Below are positions 36,132-47,828 of a stretch of 64,000 bases of DNA, piece after piece; within the stretch, counting starts at the first letter, position 1; each line of letters opens with the position of its first letter. The notes beneath the pieces are model-generated. The model was not told the DNA's origin. It saw only the letters and a program-made list of their open reading frames with translations, and made no database searches. This stretch comes from Octopus sinensis (Eukaryota). The stretch spans positions 15,004,001-15,068,000 of the forward strand of contig NC_042999.1 in assembly GCF_006345805.1 (NCBI RefSeq). Reading direction: 5' to 3'. Position numbers and translations under genes: made by a program.

Positions 36132-36249
36132 GTTTGCAGCACCTAGGTTTCCCAAGCGGTCACCCATCTAAGTACTAACTAGACTCGACGTTGCTTAACT
36201 TCGGTGATCGGACGGGAACCGGTGTTTTCAATGTGATAAGGCCGTAAAC
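36132..36249 (-). rRNA. 5S rRNA, single dispersed full-length copy (variant gene or young pseudogene)
   Basis: gtttacggccttatcacattgaaaacaccggttcccgtccgatcaccgaagttaagcaacgtcgagtctagttagtacttagatgggtgaccgcttgggaaacctaggtgctgcaaac; terminal helix pairs with 1 mismatch; T-runs downstream. Confidence 0.85.
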
Positions 36250-36644
36250 GTAAAAATGATAATATCAGAAAACCGAAGCTGAATCAATATAAATAAATTA
36301 AAAAAACGATAAACAAAATACATAAACAAGAGGAACATGCATACGTAGTTGTGTACATGGACGACAATAATATAAACTGTTATACTTATTTTTTTATTTA
36401 ATGTGTTAATTTGCGAGGATCACATAAATGAAATTATTGTTGCATGATCAAAGTATTAAAAGTCCGCAAACTATAGAACCTGGTTCAAGGGACTTAACTC
36501 TCGTTTGATTTTAGGCAAATAGTTTTAGGATTTGAAATTCAAAACATCGGAGTGGAGATGGGGGAATTGGTTTAGCTTGATTAAGTAATTGAATTAATTA
36601 AGGAAGAACGTAAAAATACATTTAAAATTTTTTATTGCATAATT

Positions 36645-37045
36645 ATTTCGCTTTTGGATTTGGTTTGCAAACTATTGAAAAGGTTGCAAGACGCAACGAA
36701 CATTTTAGGACAATAAAAATGAGAAAAAAGTGGAAATTTTACCGGTGAGTGTGTTACATTATAAGGCACAAAAAGAAAATGACTCTCCCCAGACACAACT
36801 GAATTGCATAATTAAAAATATCAAAATTAAAGTTAAGTCTTAAAAAGAATCGATGCACACATTGATTCTTTTTAAGAGTGAACTTTAATTTTGATTTCGT
36901 TTTTGGATTTGGTTTGCAAAATTCTTTATATGAGTTCGTGTGTTGAAGCATATTCTGTTATGTCTGGGGAGAGTCATTTTCTTTTTGTGCCTTATAATTT
37001 AACACACTCACCGGTAAAATTTCCACTAATTTCTTATTTTTATTT
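36645..37045. mobile_element. DNA-transposon-like element with internal inverted repeat; a rearranged relative is at 46563-46761
   Basis: gtggaaattttaccggtgagtgtgtt...ccccagaca (about 36730-36796) is inverted at about 36961-37026. Confidence 0.6.
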
Positions 37046-37201
37046 TTAATTTTGATATTTTTAAATATTCAATAAAAAAATTTTAAAAACAAAACAATAA
37101 TCGTCCAATATAAGTTGAAGATGTGGAAAGAGTTGGATTAAAAACACGCAATAGGTAAAGATGTATACATACGATTACAAACACATGCAATAGAAAAAAT
37201 G

Positions 37202-37245
<44 letters not shown>

Positions 37246-37359
37246 CATACATATACCGGAGTAAGCACATAAATGTGAAACAAGGTGGAAAAAAGAGTAC
37301 TCAAATACCAGTGGTAGAGTAATATGCTTTATTTAAAGCAGCAGAAAATTCAACAAAAC

Positions 37360-37397
37360 CTGTTACTCTGAGTTTCCCGTTGCCGTTCATCGGACAG
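37360..37397 (-). ncRNA. Decayed compact hammerhead in a ~160-bp element between (TA)n tracts (about 37255-37410)
   Basis: Minus: ctgt CCGATGA acggcaacgg GAAA ctcaga GTA acag. Stem I ctgt/acag is perfect; core U4>C; stem II is mismatched. Confidence 0.55.
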
Positions 37398-37411
37398 TTT
37401 TTGCTAGCATG

Positions 37412-37443
<32 letters not shown>

Positions 37444-37825
37444 ACATGTACATATGTCTGTCTATCTGTCTAGCTAGCTAACTAGTGATTTCTATATATT
37501 ATGAATAGTAAATATGTATGTTTTTTATGTATGCATATATATGTGAGTGTGTGTGTGTGTGTGCATACGAACACATATATATATTTGTTTATACATACGT
37601 ATATACAAATATACATACACATGTACTTAGATAAAAACATAGATACATGAATACATTAAAGCTTGCATACATACATACTTCTACGTAACCATGCAACTGT
37701 ATCTGTGCCTTTGGGACTTTTTGGTTATTTTATCCCCATTAAAAATTGGGTTACCTCCTCCAATTAAAAAAAATTGTTTAACTCTCCATAAAACAAAAAA
37801 AAATGAAAAAAATTAATAAATTTAT

Positions 37826-38236
37826 AGGCATAGGAGTGACTGTGTGGTAAGTAGCTTGCTTACCAACCACAAGGTTCTGGGTTCAGTCCCACTGCCTAGC
37901 ACCTTAGGCAAATGTCTTCTACTATAGCCTCGGGCCGACCAAAGCCTGTGAGTGGATTTGGTAGACGGAAACTGAAAGAAGCCCGTCGTATGTATATGTG
38001 TGTGTGTGTATGTGTGTGTGTGTATGTATGTGTGTGTTTGTGTGTCTGTCCCCCCAACATTGCTTGACAACCGATGCTGGTGTGTTTACATTCCCCTAAA
38101 TTAGTGGTTCAGCAAAAGAGACCGATAGAATAAGTACTAGGCTTGCAAAGAATAAGTCCTGGGGTCGATTTTCTCGACTAAAAGCAGTGCTCCAGCATAG
38201 TCACAATCAAATGACTGAAACAAGTAAAAGAGTAAA
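37826..38236 (+). mobile_element. SINE-A
   Basis: Full-length consensus match. Confidence 0.85.
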
Positions 38237-38939
38237 CACGAAAAGTGAAAAGATTAAATATCTTGAATTTGATATCTTTATAAGAAATCATACAAAACTG
38301 AAAAAATTTTAAATCTTATTGGATCTAATAACATTTTTACAACAATTAATACCATTCCTATTGAGCAGGCTAAAAGTCAACAATGTGCTGAAGTAATGAA
38401 TCAAAAGGATCCAACCCTTTTAATCCAATCTTTTGTTGCCACATAAACTCAACTTTTTAGTGGGGAGATAACCCAATTTCTTAATGGCAATTTTTAATGG
38501 GGGTAAGATAAACAAAAAGTACTGCACCTTTTTCATGCATGTGGGTGATGCCTGTCTATATATTTATTGATCTATCTACCTCTGTCTGTCTGTCTCTCTC
38601 TCTATATAGATAAACATAACATATTGAGCCAAAGAAGAACAAAGATGATAATAAGCAAAAAAATTAGTTAACATTGTGGATTCGAATATTAAGTAGTTAG
38701 ACCAGAAGAAAAAGAAAAGGTTTGAAGGTCGCTTCCTTTTGTAGTGAATCACTATGTTTCTATATATCTTTTATACATGCAGTTTCTGTGTATAGAGGTG
38801 CTAATTCTCTCAGAATGCAGATTAACATAGAATTTTTATGAAAGAGCATATGAAAACTGTCACTGGGGGTATAAACTACCACGTTTGTTGTTCCCAATCT
38901 ATGATCAAGTTCCAGATAAAAGTATCTCATTTCGGGTAA

Positions 38940-39180
38940 TAAGGTTCTCATTCAGTACTATGGGCATGCGGTTAAAATGTCGCAGGAAACAATGGCAAGA
39001 CTGGGTCTTTAAGCCAAGCAAACCAACAAGCGACCCAAAGGCAGAACAAGAACAAAATGGTTGGATAATACCCATAGCCTCAGTTTGTTACACCTCAGAA
39101 TCCAGCCAGGAAGGGTAATGATGGTCGTTTCTGATAGGACCCCATGGAGGAGTTGCCTGAGGACTCTATCCCCATGAAAC
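38940..39180 (+). mobile_element. RTE-like LINE 3' fragment (second family)
   Basis: IQYYGHAVKMSQE...KRPKGRTRTKWLDN...LRIQP...VSDRTPWRSCLRTLSP. Confidence 0.7.
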
Positions 39181-39702
39181 TTCCTAGGAATAATGAGAAG
39201 AGAAGATGCATGCATGGATGGATATAATAGGGAATTTTACATAGTTTATTTATTAGCTGAGGTCATCTTGAAAGGGGTCAATATCCTATTTAGCAGGTAA
39301 ACATTCGTTAGAGGTCAAGCCAAACCTAAAGTGGTAAGAAAGGATTTATCAAAGTAGTTGAGTCACCACTGAAGTGCTTTCTCCTAGTAATGCTAAGTGC
39401 TTACTTAACATTGAAGTATTTTGTATAGGAAAGTCAGTAAGTCAGTTTAATGCGGATGTACAATTGAAGATAAAGTACTTTAATAGTTAAAGGTGTGTGT
39501 TATAATTGGTTTCTATCTACAGATAATAACTATTATATCTGTTAGTAAAAAAATGTACTCAACCCAATGATATTTGTAATGTTTATGTTTTTATTTGATA
39601 AAATTGTCTCTCACAAAACAGGTGTGTATATGAGTGTGTTTTTATGTGCATGCATGTGTGTGTGTATGCATGTATGATGTGTGCGTGTGAGTGTAATGAA
39701 TA

Positions 39703-40095
39703 TCATCATCATCGTCGTTTAACGTCCCTTTTCCATTCTAGCATGGGTTGGACGGTTCGACCGGGATCTGGGAAGCCATGAGGCTGCACCAGGCTCCAAT
39801 CTGATCTGGCAGTGTTTCTACATCTGGATGCCCTTCCTAATGCCAACCACTCCGTGAGTGTAGTGGGTGCTTTTTACGTGCCACTGGCACAGGGGTTAGG
39901 GGAGTCTGGCAACAGCCACGATCAGTTGGTGCTTTTTATGTGCCACCAACACAGGAGCCAGTCAAGGCAGTGCTGGCATTGGCCATGTTCGGATGGTGCT
40001 TTTTATGTGCCACCGGCACAGGTATCACAACTACAATTTCCATTTGATTTTTGTTTTGATGTTGATGTAATTGACTCAATAGGTCTCCTCCTCAA
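39703..40095 (-). mobile_element. SINE-C (ATG-repeat tail, internal tandem units)
   Basis: catcatcatcgtttaacgtcc...tggatgcccttcctaatgccaacc...repeated gtgctttttacgtgccac. Confidence 0.85.
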
Positions 40096-40111
40096 GCACA
40101 GCAGGTCGCCC

Positions 40112-40157
<46 letters not shown>

Positions 40158-40457
40158 GGCTTCTTTCAGTTTCCATCTACCAAATCCACTCACAAGGCTT
40201 TGGTCAGCCCAAGGCTTTAGAAGAAGACACTTGCCCAATATGTCACACAGTGGGACCAAACCTGGAACCATGTGGCCTAAATATATATATATATATATAT
40301 ATAATGTCAAACTGTGCAATCTATGCCAGCATGGAAAGTGGATGTTAAATGATGATGATGATTATATATATGGTGGGTGGTGTTGTGGGAAAAGTGGATA
40401 TACATTATAAGCAATGAATTGTGAATACATTGTATTTACACTGGACGCTTTACTCGT

Positions 40458-40853
40458 TTACTCTTTTACTTGTTTCAGTCATTTGACTGTGGCCATGCTG
40501 GAGCACCACCTTTAGTCGAGCAAATCGACCCCGGGACTTATTCTTTGTAAGCCCAGTACTTATTCTCTTTTGCCGAACCGCTAAGTAACGGGGACGTAAA
40601 CACACCAGCATCGGTTGTCAAGCAATGCTAGGGGGACAAACACAGACACACAAACATATACACACACACTTATATATATATACATATATCCGACAGGCTT
40701 CTTTCAGTTTCCGTCTACCAAATCCACTCACAAGGCATTGGTCGACCCGGGGCTATAGCAGAAGACACTTGCCCAAGATGCCATGCAGTGGGACTGAACC
40801 CGGAACCATGTGGTTGGTTAGCAAGCTACTTACCTCACAGCCACTCCTGCGCC
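40458..40853 (-). mobile_element. SINE-A
   Basis: Consensus match. Confidence 0.9.
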
Positions 40854-40989
40854 TTTGTGTACACTTTTCTCATTATGGTTTCACTGTACACTTTTCCTGA
40901 GGTTGCGCTACTGTTCAGTTTTTACCATTATAATATTTGCTAGGCAGTCTCACTGGTGCCAGTGCCATGTAAAAAGCAACAGTCATGAG

Positions 40990-41222
40990 CCAGACTTTCT
41001 GGCTGGATTCCCAAACTGGACCAACTGAGTCAATGGATCTCATTCTCAGTCTACCCTCTGGTCACTTGCTGGTTGGTTCGGTTTGAAGAACCTCTCATGG
41101 GATTACTTCCTGTAACATTCTAATCACATGTCCATAGTAAAGGAACTGTGACCTCTCAGAGAGACTTCCTGATCCCTCAACTACACACGCTATCAAGTAA
41201 TGTTACTCCAGAGACTTCTCAT
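40990..41222 (-). mobile_element. RTE-like fragment (similar to 38940-39180) inside a SINE-C remnant
   Basis: SGVTLLDSVCS*GIRKSL...ERSQFLYYGHVIRMLQE...PTSK*PEGRLRMR. Confidence 0.65.
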
Positions 41223-41461
41223 AGGTCAAATAGAAATACCAGTTCTACACTCTGTGGAGTGGTTAACATCAGGAAAGGCATCTAACTGTAGAAACCATAC
41301 CAAAGCAGGGGCTTGGAATAGCCCTCTGATTTGTCAGATGCTGTCAAACTGAAGCCCATGCTAGCATGGAAAATTAACATTAAATGGGGATGCTGTTGTA
41401 GCTGCTGATGCTGCTGGTGATGATGATACTGATGCTGCTGCTGTTGCTGTTGAGCAAATGG

Positions 41462-41817
41462 TCTTTGTCCCAGAGCTCGCAAGATGGGAGAAGTCCGAAA
41501 CGTGGTCCTTTGCTATTCATAAGACCAGCAGAAGAGAAAGCAGGTCAACCCCCGACACCAAGAGCATCGACGGATGGATGAATGCGCATCCAGGCTCAGC
41601 GGTTGCGTAGGAAGTCGGGGACAAGAAACAGGAAGAAAGAGTGAGAGAAAGTTGGAGTGAAAGAGTACAACAGGGGTCGCCACCACCCCCTGCCAGAGCC
41701 TTGTGGAGCTTTAGGTGTTTTCGCTCAATAAACACACACAACGCCCGGTCTGGAAATCGAAACTGTGATCCTCCAGCTACGAGTCCGCTGCCCTAACCAT
41801 TGGGCTATTGTGCCTCC
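41462..41817 (-). mobile_element. SINE-D head with an alternative 3' module
   Basis: Shares about 190 bp (head to cttcctgtttct) with 11057-11250, then diverges. Confidence 0.75.
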
Positions 41818-41944
41818 ACTACTGCTGCTGCTGATGATGTGTGCTGATGCAGTGTGTTTAAGCTTGTCCTTTATTGTCATGAGATTAGCTATTGATGCTG
41901 TATTATTATCTGCAGTAAGTCCTTGCAACTATAACTGATCGTGT

Positions 41945-42400
41945 CTTCAGCATGACATGATAGGCTTTCTCCATACTGATCCGTTTTTCACTCGAGTCTG
42001 CCTTTTATCATGATCAGTTCCTTTCCACTCCATATTCCTTTTTGATGTGTCTTTGAATCTCAGACTTTCAAGGTTTCTGCTCCCCTTGCATAATTGTCTG
42101 GGGAGACTGCTGTTGACCATCTTGTGTATGTGTCCCAAGCAGCATCAATTTTTATCAATAAGCATTTCCATCATCAGAGGTAGACCAGCACACCATAGAA
42201 CCTCTTTATTCCTGATCTTTTCAAAGAGAATGATATTTATAATTTGTCGCAGTTGTCTCATCACCTGCATGTAACTTGTCTACCTGGGCTTTAAAGACCG
42301 TCCAGCTTTCAGCTCCATACAGCAGAGAAGGAAACACAACAGCCTGAGACACCTTACATTTGACTTGCATAGAATTATGCCAGTTTTTTCACAGCCTCTC
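41945..42400 (-). mobile_element. RTE/BovB-like LINE RT C-terminal fragment, decayed
   Basis: KCKVSQAVVFPSLLYGAESWTV...LGHIHKMVNSSLPRQL...LRFKDTSK. Confidence 0.75.
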
Positions 42401-42404
42401 CTGC

Positions 42405-42992
42405 AGCCTAATATATAATTCATTTCTACTCTAGGCACAAGGCCGGAAATTTCTGGGGAGGGGACCAGTCGATTAGATCAACCCCAGTACACAACTGGTA
42501 CTTAATTTATCGACCCCGAAAGGCTGAAAGGCAAAGTCGACCCTGACAGAATTAGCCTGAATTATAATTTGTTTCTACTCTAGGCACAAGGTCCGAAATT
42601 TCTGGGGAGGGGACCAGTCGATTAGATCAACCCCAGTATGCAACTGATACTTAATTTATCAACCCCGAAAGGCTGAAAGGCAAAGTCAATCCCGGTAGAA
42701 TTAGCCTGATATATAATTCGTTTCTACTCTAGGCATAAGGCCCGAAATTTCTGGGGAGGGGAGGGGACCAGTCGATTAGATCAACCCCAGTACGCAACTG
42801 GTAATTAATTTATCAAGGCTGAAAGGCAAAGTCGACCTCAGCAGAATTAGCCTGATATATAATTCGTTTCTACCCGAAATTTCTGGAGAGGGGACCAGTC
42901 GATTAGATCAACCCAGTACACAACTGGTAGTTAATTTATCGACCCTGAAAGGCAAAGTTGACCCCCGACGGAATTAGCCTGATATATAATTG
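42405..42992 (-). repeat. Tandem array of a SINE-B fragment plus 17-bp flank: units of 149, 149, 146 and 127 bp
   Basis: agcct(g/a)atatataatt starts at 42405, 42554, 42703, 42849 and 42976. Confidence 0.85.
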
Positions 42993-43729
42993 CAGTTTTA
43001 ATGAATGCCATATGGAGAATGTTTTACCCGAATGTCTATAATTATCTCATTCAAAGTATGGACTGCTCTGTGTATGTTGTTGATTGTGTTGTCATTTAAT
43101 TCTGAGAACTTTAATTTCCTTTCTTGATGAAACTTGTTCCACTGGCCTTTTTTATTTTCATTTCTTTTTTGCTTTCAATTTTGTAAAAGTGATTTCGAAT
43201 TCTACATTGATGTGGGTGCATAAATTATGATAATCAGTTTGTGGACTGAGGGAGTTGGGTGACTTCTTACCAAGTGTTTGTTGCACACTGGCATGGAACA
43301 CAAGGTAGTTATCATGGGGGAGTTATTGAAGGTGTCATGGTGAGGTGTGTGTGCATGTGCGTGTGTGAAAAATTTTTTTGCTGTGACACTTATTGAAATC
43401 TCTGTACTTCCCAATTTGTAAAAACAGGATGCATTGTGTGTATTTATAGTCTTCTCCAATCATAATATTTAGGAAAGTGGTAAAATGTTTTAATTTGGGT
43501 GTGTTGTCTGATAAGATGGTTGGCATTGTCAGTATACATGTGTGTGTGTGTGTGTGTACATAAGTACATGCGTGTTTATTAATAGGCTTTGTCTTGCGGT
43601 TTTTATTTTGAAAAGCTTGTATATCTAATGAGGTGTAATCCCCAATTAGTTAATGAATACTGTTCGTGTGACATCCATGTACTGATGCATGAGTCATGTA
43701 TATTAACCTGGTGGATGCATAAATTATGT

Positions 43730-43980
43730 ATAGGTGGCACGTAAAAAGCACCAATCCAATCGTGGCCGTTGCCAGCCTTGCCTGGCACCTGTGCTGGTGG
43801 CACATAAAAAGCACCCACTACACTCATGGAGTAGTTGGCGTTAGGAAGGGCATCCAGCTGTAGAAACAGTGCCAGATCAGACTGGAGCCTGGTACAGCCT
43901 TCTGGCTTTCCAGATCCCGGTCGAACTGTCCAACCCATGCTAGCATGGAAAACGGACGTTAAACGATGATGATGATGAAA
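43730..43980 (+). mobile_element. SINE-C
   Basis: Ends ggacgttaaacgatgatgatgatg. Confidence 0.85.
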
Positions 43981-44319
43981 CCTTCTCCTTTGTGGTATGG
44001 TCTATGTTACCTGAGATGAGTGTCACTCAGGATATAAACCATCTGATACGACTGCAAAAGTCTCTTCTGAATTATAGCTATGGGAGTTTTGCGGATGATA
44101 ATAAAATATTTGTTCCAGAAGCATACATTTTACACCATAAACTCTTTAGCTTTCAGATTACAATACCAAATGTAATTTTTATTTATTCACATTGCTTTGA
44201 ATTAATCAAAAATTATCTCATCACTTTGAGACTTTGATGATGTTAATATCTGTTTTTAGAATGACATTAGTAGGTGTGAGAGGCCAGATATGGCTGGTTT
44301 AACTGTTAAAGGGTTAATA

Positions 44320-44329
44320 CTATAGTATG

Positions 44330-44406
<77 letters not shown>

Positions 44407-44665
44407 TATCTAAATACACATATATATACATACATACATATACATATATATACATACATACATACATATACACACATATATACATATACATACATGTATA
44501 TTATATATATACATACATATATACATACACATATATACTTACATATATACATACACGTATATACTTACATATATACATACATATATACATAGATATATAC
44601 ATACATATACACATACACATTTATACATATATACATGCATACACACACACATACATATATATACT
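44320..44665. repeat. (TA)n/(CATA)n compound microsatellite
   Basis: Direct reading. Confidence 0.9.
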
Positions 44666-44681
44666 TCTATATTGTTGAGTT

Positions 44682-44915
44682 TGGAGGCACATAGGTTAGT
44701 GGTTAAGGTGTTGGACTCATGAATGCAGTTTTGATTACTGGGTCAGGTGAGGCATTGTGTTCTTGAGCAAAATACTTCATCCATGGTGCTCCAGTCCACT
44801 CAGCTGGCAAAAATGAGTAATTCTGTGACTGACAAGTGTCTTGTGTAAGAGGGAATATACTTGCCACAGAAACCATGAAACTAGCCCTGTGAGCCTCTAT
44901 GATGCAAGAATTCTT
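44682..44915 (+). mobile_element. Old tRNA/CORE-like SINE with a third 3' module
   Basis: ggaggcacataggttagtggttaagg head; gctccagtccactcagctggcaaaaatgagta shared with 19995-20028. Confidence 0.55.
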
Positions 44916-44944
44916 TATCTTTATCGAGATAGTTGAGTACTACG

Positions 44945-45425
44945 GTGGCAAGCTGGCAGAAACGTTAGCACACCGGGCGAGATGCGTAGCCGTAGTTCAT
45001 ATGTTCTGAGTTCAAATTCCGCTGAGGTTGACTTTGCCTTTCATCCTTTCGAGGTCGATAAATTAAGTACCAGTTACACACTGGGGTCGATGTAATCGAC
45101 TTAATCCATTTGTCTGTCCTTGTTTGTCCCCTCTGTGTTTAGCCCCTTGTGGGTAGTAAAGAAATAGGTATTTCATCTGTCTTTACGTTCTGAGTTCAAA
45201 TTCTGCTGAGATCAACTCTGCCTTTAATCCTTTCGGGGACAATAAATTAAGTACCAGTTGATTTAATCAACTAGCCCCCTCCCGGAAATTTTCAGGCCTT
45301 GTGCCTAGATAAGAAAAGAATATTTAGGTGGCAAGCTAGCAGAAACATTAGCATGCTGGGTGAAATGCTTAGGGGTATTTCGTCTGTCTTTACGTTCTGA
45401 GTTCAAATTTCACTGAGGTTGACTT
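44945..45425 (+). mobile_element. SINE-B chain (both tail variants)
   Basis: Three consecutive partial or complete SINE-B copies. Confidence 0.8.
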
Positions 45426-45789
45426 TTCCAGCATGGAAAGGAGACATTAAACAACGATGATGAAGTATTTGTATAAAAGTATGTTTTATAGAACATACAT
45501 TTGGTTGTGACACTTTAATACATGTTGTCACACCTCTTATCATTTCTTGTCTTCATTCCCTGTAGATTTTTATTGTTCACAGTCCATTGAATTTATTCTT
45601 TAGATACATTTTTTTACTCCCACAAACTTTAATTTTTCATTGCTCTCAGCACTTTTTCCTGCACTGACTCATTGCCTTCTTTTGCACAACTTGTTTTTTA
45701 TTGTTGTCAACATTCTTCCCAACACCTACCCCCGCATATGCCTCCATCTTTCATTGGGCATGTCATGGTTCAACTAACAGTGTTTCTCA

Positions 45790-46325
45790 TTATTCGGCCA
45801 GTGCTGCTTTGACTGGCTTCCATGCCGGTGGCACGTAAAAACCACCAACCGTTTGTGGCCGTTGCCAGCTTACTCTGGCACCTGTGCTGGTGGCACGTAA
45901 AAAGCACCATCCGTACGTGGCCAATGCCAGCACCGCCTTGACTGGCATCCGTGTCGGTGGCACATAAAAACCACCAACCGATCGTGGCCGTTGCCAGCCT
46001 ACTCTGGCATATGTGCCAGTGGCACGTAAAAAACACCATCTGTATGTGGCTGATGCCAGTGTCGCCTTGACTGGCTTCTGTGTTGGTGGCACGTAAAAAC
46101 CATCAGCTGATTGTGACCGTTGCCAGCCTCCCCTGGCACCTGTGCCGGTGGCACGTAAAAAGCACCCACTACACTCACAGAGTGGTTGGTGTTAGGAAGA
46201 GCATCCAGCTGTAGAAACACTGCCAGATCAGACTGAAGTCTGGTGCAGCCCCCTGGCTTCCCAGATCCTGGTCGAATCGTCCAACCCATGCTAACATGGA
46301 AAACGGACGTTAAACCATGATGATG
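45790..46325 (+). mobile_element. SINE-C with a 62/67-bp alternating internal tandem repeat
   Basis: tggcac(g/a)taaaaa starts at 45829, 45891, 45958, 46020, 46087 and 46149. Confidence 0.85.
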
Positions 46326-47423
46326 ATAACTGTAGGCATCTGCCCACTCTCATGTGCTTCACATACTTGTGTACATGTGTCAATTCAACTAACGTGGGTC
46401 TTGCCACTAATGGTAACCATACAGAACCTTTTCCTATTTCTTATATCTCCTACTCATAGACATCACTCTTTTGCTCTTTTCCTTTTCTCATTTCCATTCT
46501 TGCATCTGAAGATGATAAGATTTCTATTGACTCAGATGTTGAATTTTACTACAAACTCAAGCCAAATATTTCGTTTTTGGATTTGGTTTGCAAGATTCTT
46601 TATATGAGTTCGTGTGTTGAAGCATAGTCAAAACTATTGAAAAGGTTGCAAGATGAAACGAAAATTTTAGGAAAATAAAAATAAGAAAAAAGTGGAAATT
46701 TTACCGGTGAGTGTGTTACTTTATAAGGCACAAAAAGAAAATGACTTTCCCCAGACACAACAGATCAAGCCAATTAATTCTTGTGTTAGTAAACAATTCA
46801 TAATGGCTGGAAAGAAGCCATCAAATAAAAGAAAAGGTGACAGTGGGAAACATAAGCTTTGTGTTCTGGAATTCCATTTTCAAATGATGGCATCAGTCTG
46901 ACATGATTTGATGGCCTGCAGAGCCGTGTCAAGCTCCACTTCTGCTTTGGCTTGGTTTCTATGGCTGGATACTCTTCCTAATGCCAACCACTTTACAGTA
47001 TGATCCAGGTGATTTGTTTTGTTGAGAACTTGCAAGACATAAAGAAAGAAAAAGAAAAAGTGACCTCAACTAAGTAGGAGTGTATCTGAGAGGAGGGGGG
47101 GTAGATAGCTTATGCCAGATGTTGAAGGCTAAAGTATGACAAAAGGTCAAGCACAGGTGTCTGGCTACAAAAGAGGTGTATGGCTACCCTACATATGATG
47201 GTGGGGGAGAACAGCTTCAAGGAAGATAAAGATGGAAGTGACAGGATGCCAGAGTGCTGGGGGGTGGGTGAACAAACACATACACATATGATGAGGTTCT
47301 TTTCAGTTTTTGTCTACCAGATCCATTCAAAAGGCTTTGGTCAGGCTGAGGCTATGGTAGAAAATACTTGCTCAAGGTGCCACACAGCGTGTTCACTATT
47401 TCAGTCAACTGATAGACTGATTA

Positions 47424-47828
47424 CTCTTACTCTTTTACTTGTTTCAGTCATTTGACTGCGGCCATGCTGGAGCACCACCTTTAGTCGAGCAAATCAACCC
47501 CGGGACTTATTCTTTGTAAGCCCAGTACTTATTCTATCGGTCTCTTTTGCCGAACTGCTAAGTGACGGGGACGTAAACACACCAGCATCGGTTGTCAAGC
47601 AATGCTAGGGGGACAAACACAGACACACAAATACACACACATATATATATATATATATATACATAAATACGACAGGCTTCTTTCAGTTTCCGTCTACCAA
47701 ATCCACTCACAAGGCATTGGTCGGCCCGGGGCTATAGCGGAAGACACTTGCCCAAGATGCCACGCAGTGGGATTGAACCCGGAACCATGTGGTTGGTTAG
47801 CAAGCTACTTACCACACAGCCACTCCTG
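47424..47828 (-). mobile_element. SINE-A at the left boundary of the duplicated unit
   Basis: Followed by agcaaactgaaccataaatacaccc, as is the SINE-A at 58231-58628. Confidence 0.9.

Noticed and set aside
43992-44237. ORF containing FADDNKIF (RT-like motif)
   Set aside because: Only the single motif is recognisable and the flanking RT motifs are absent.
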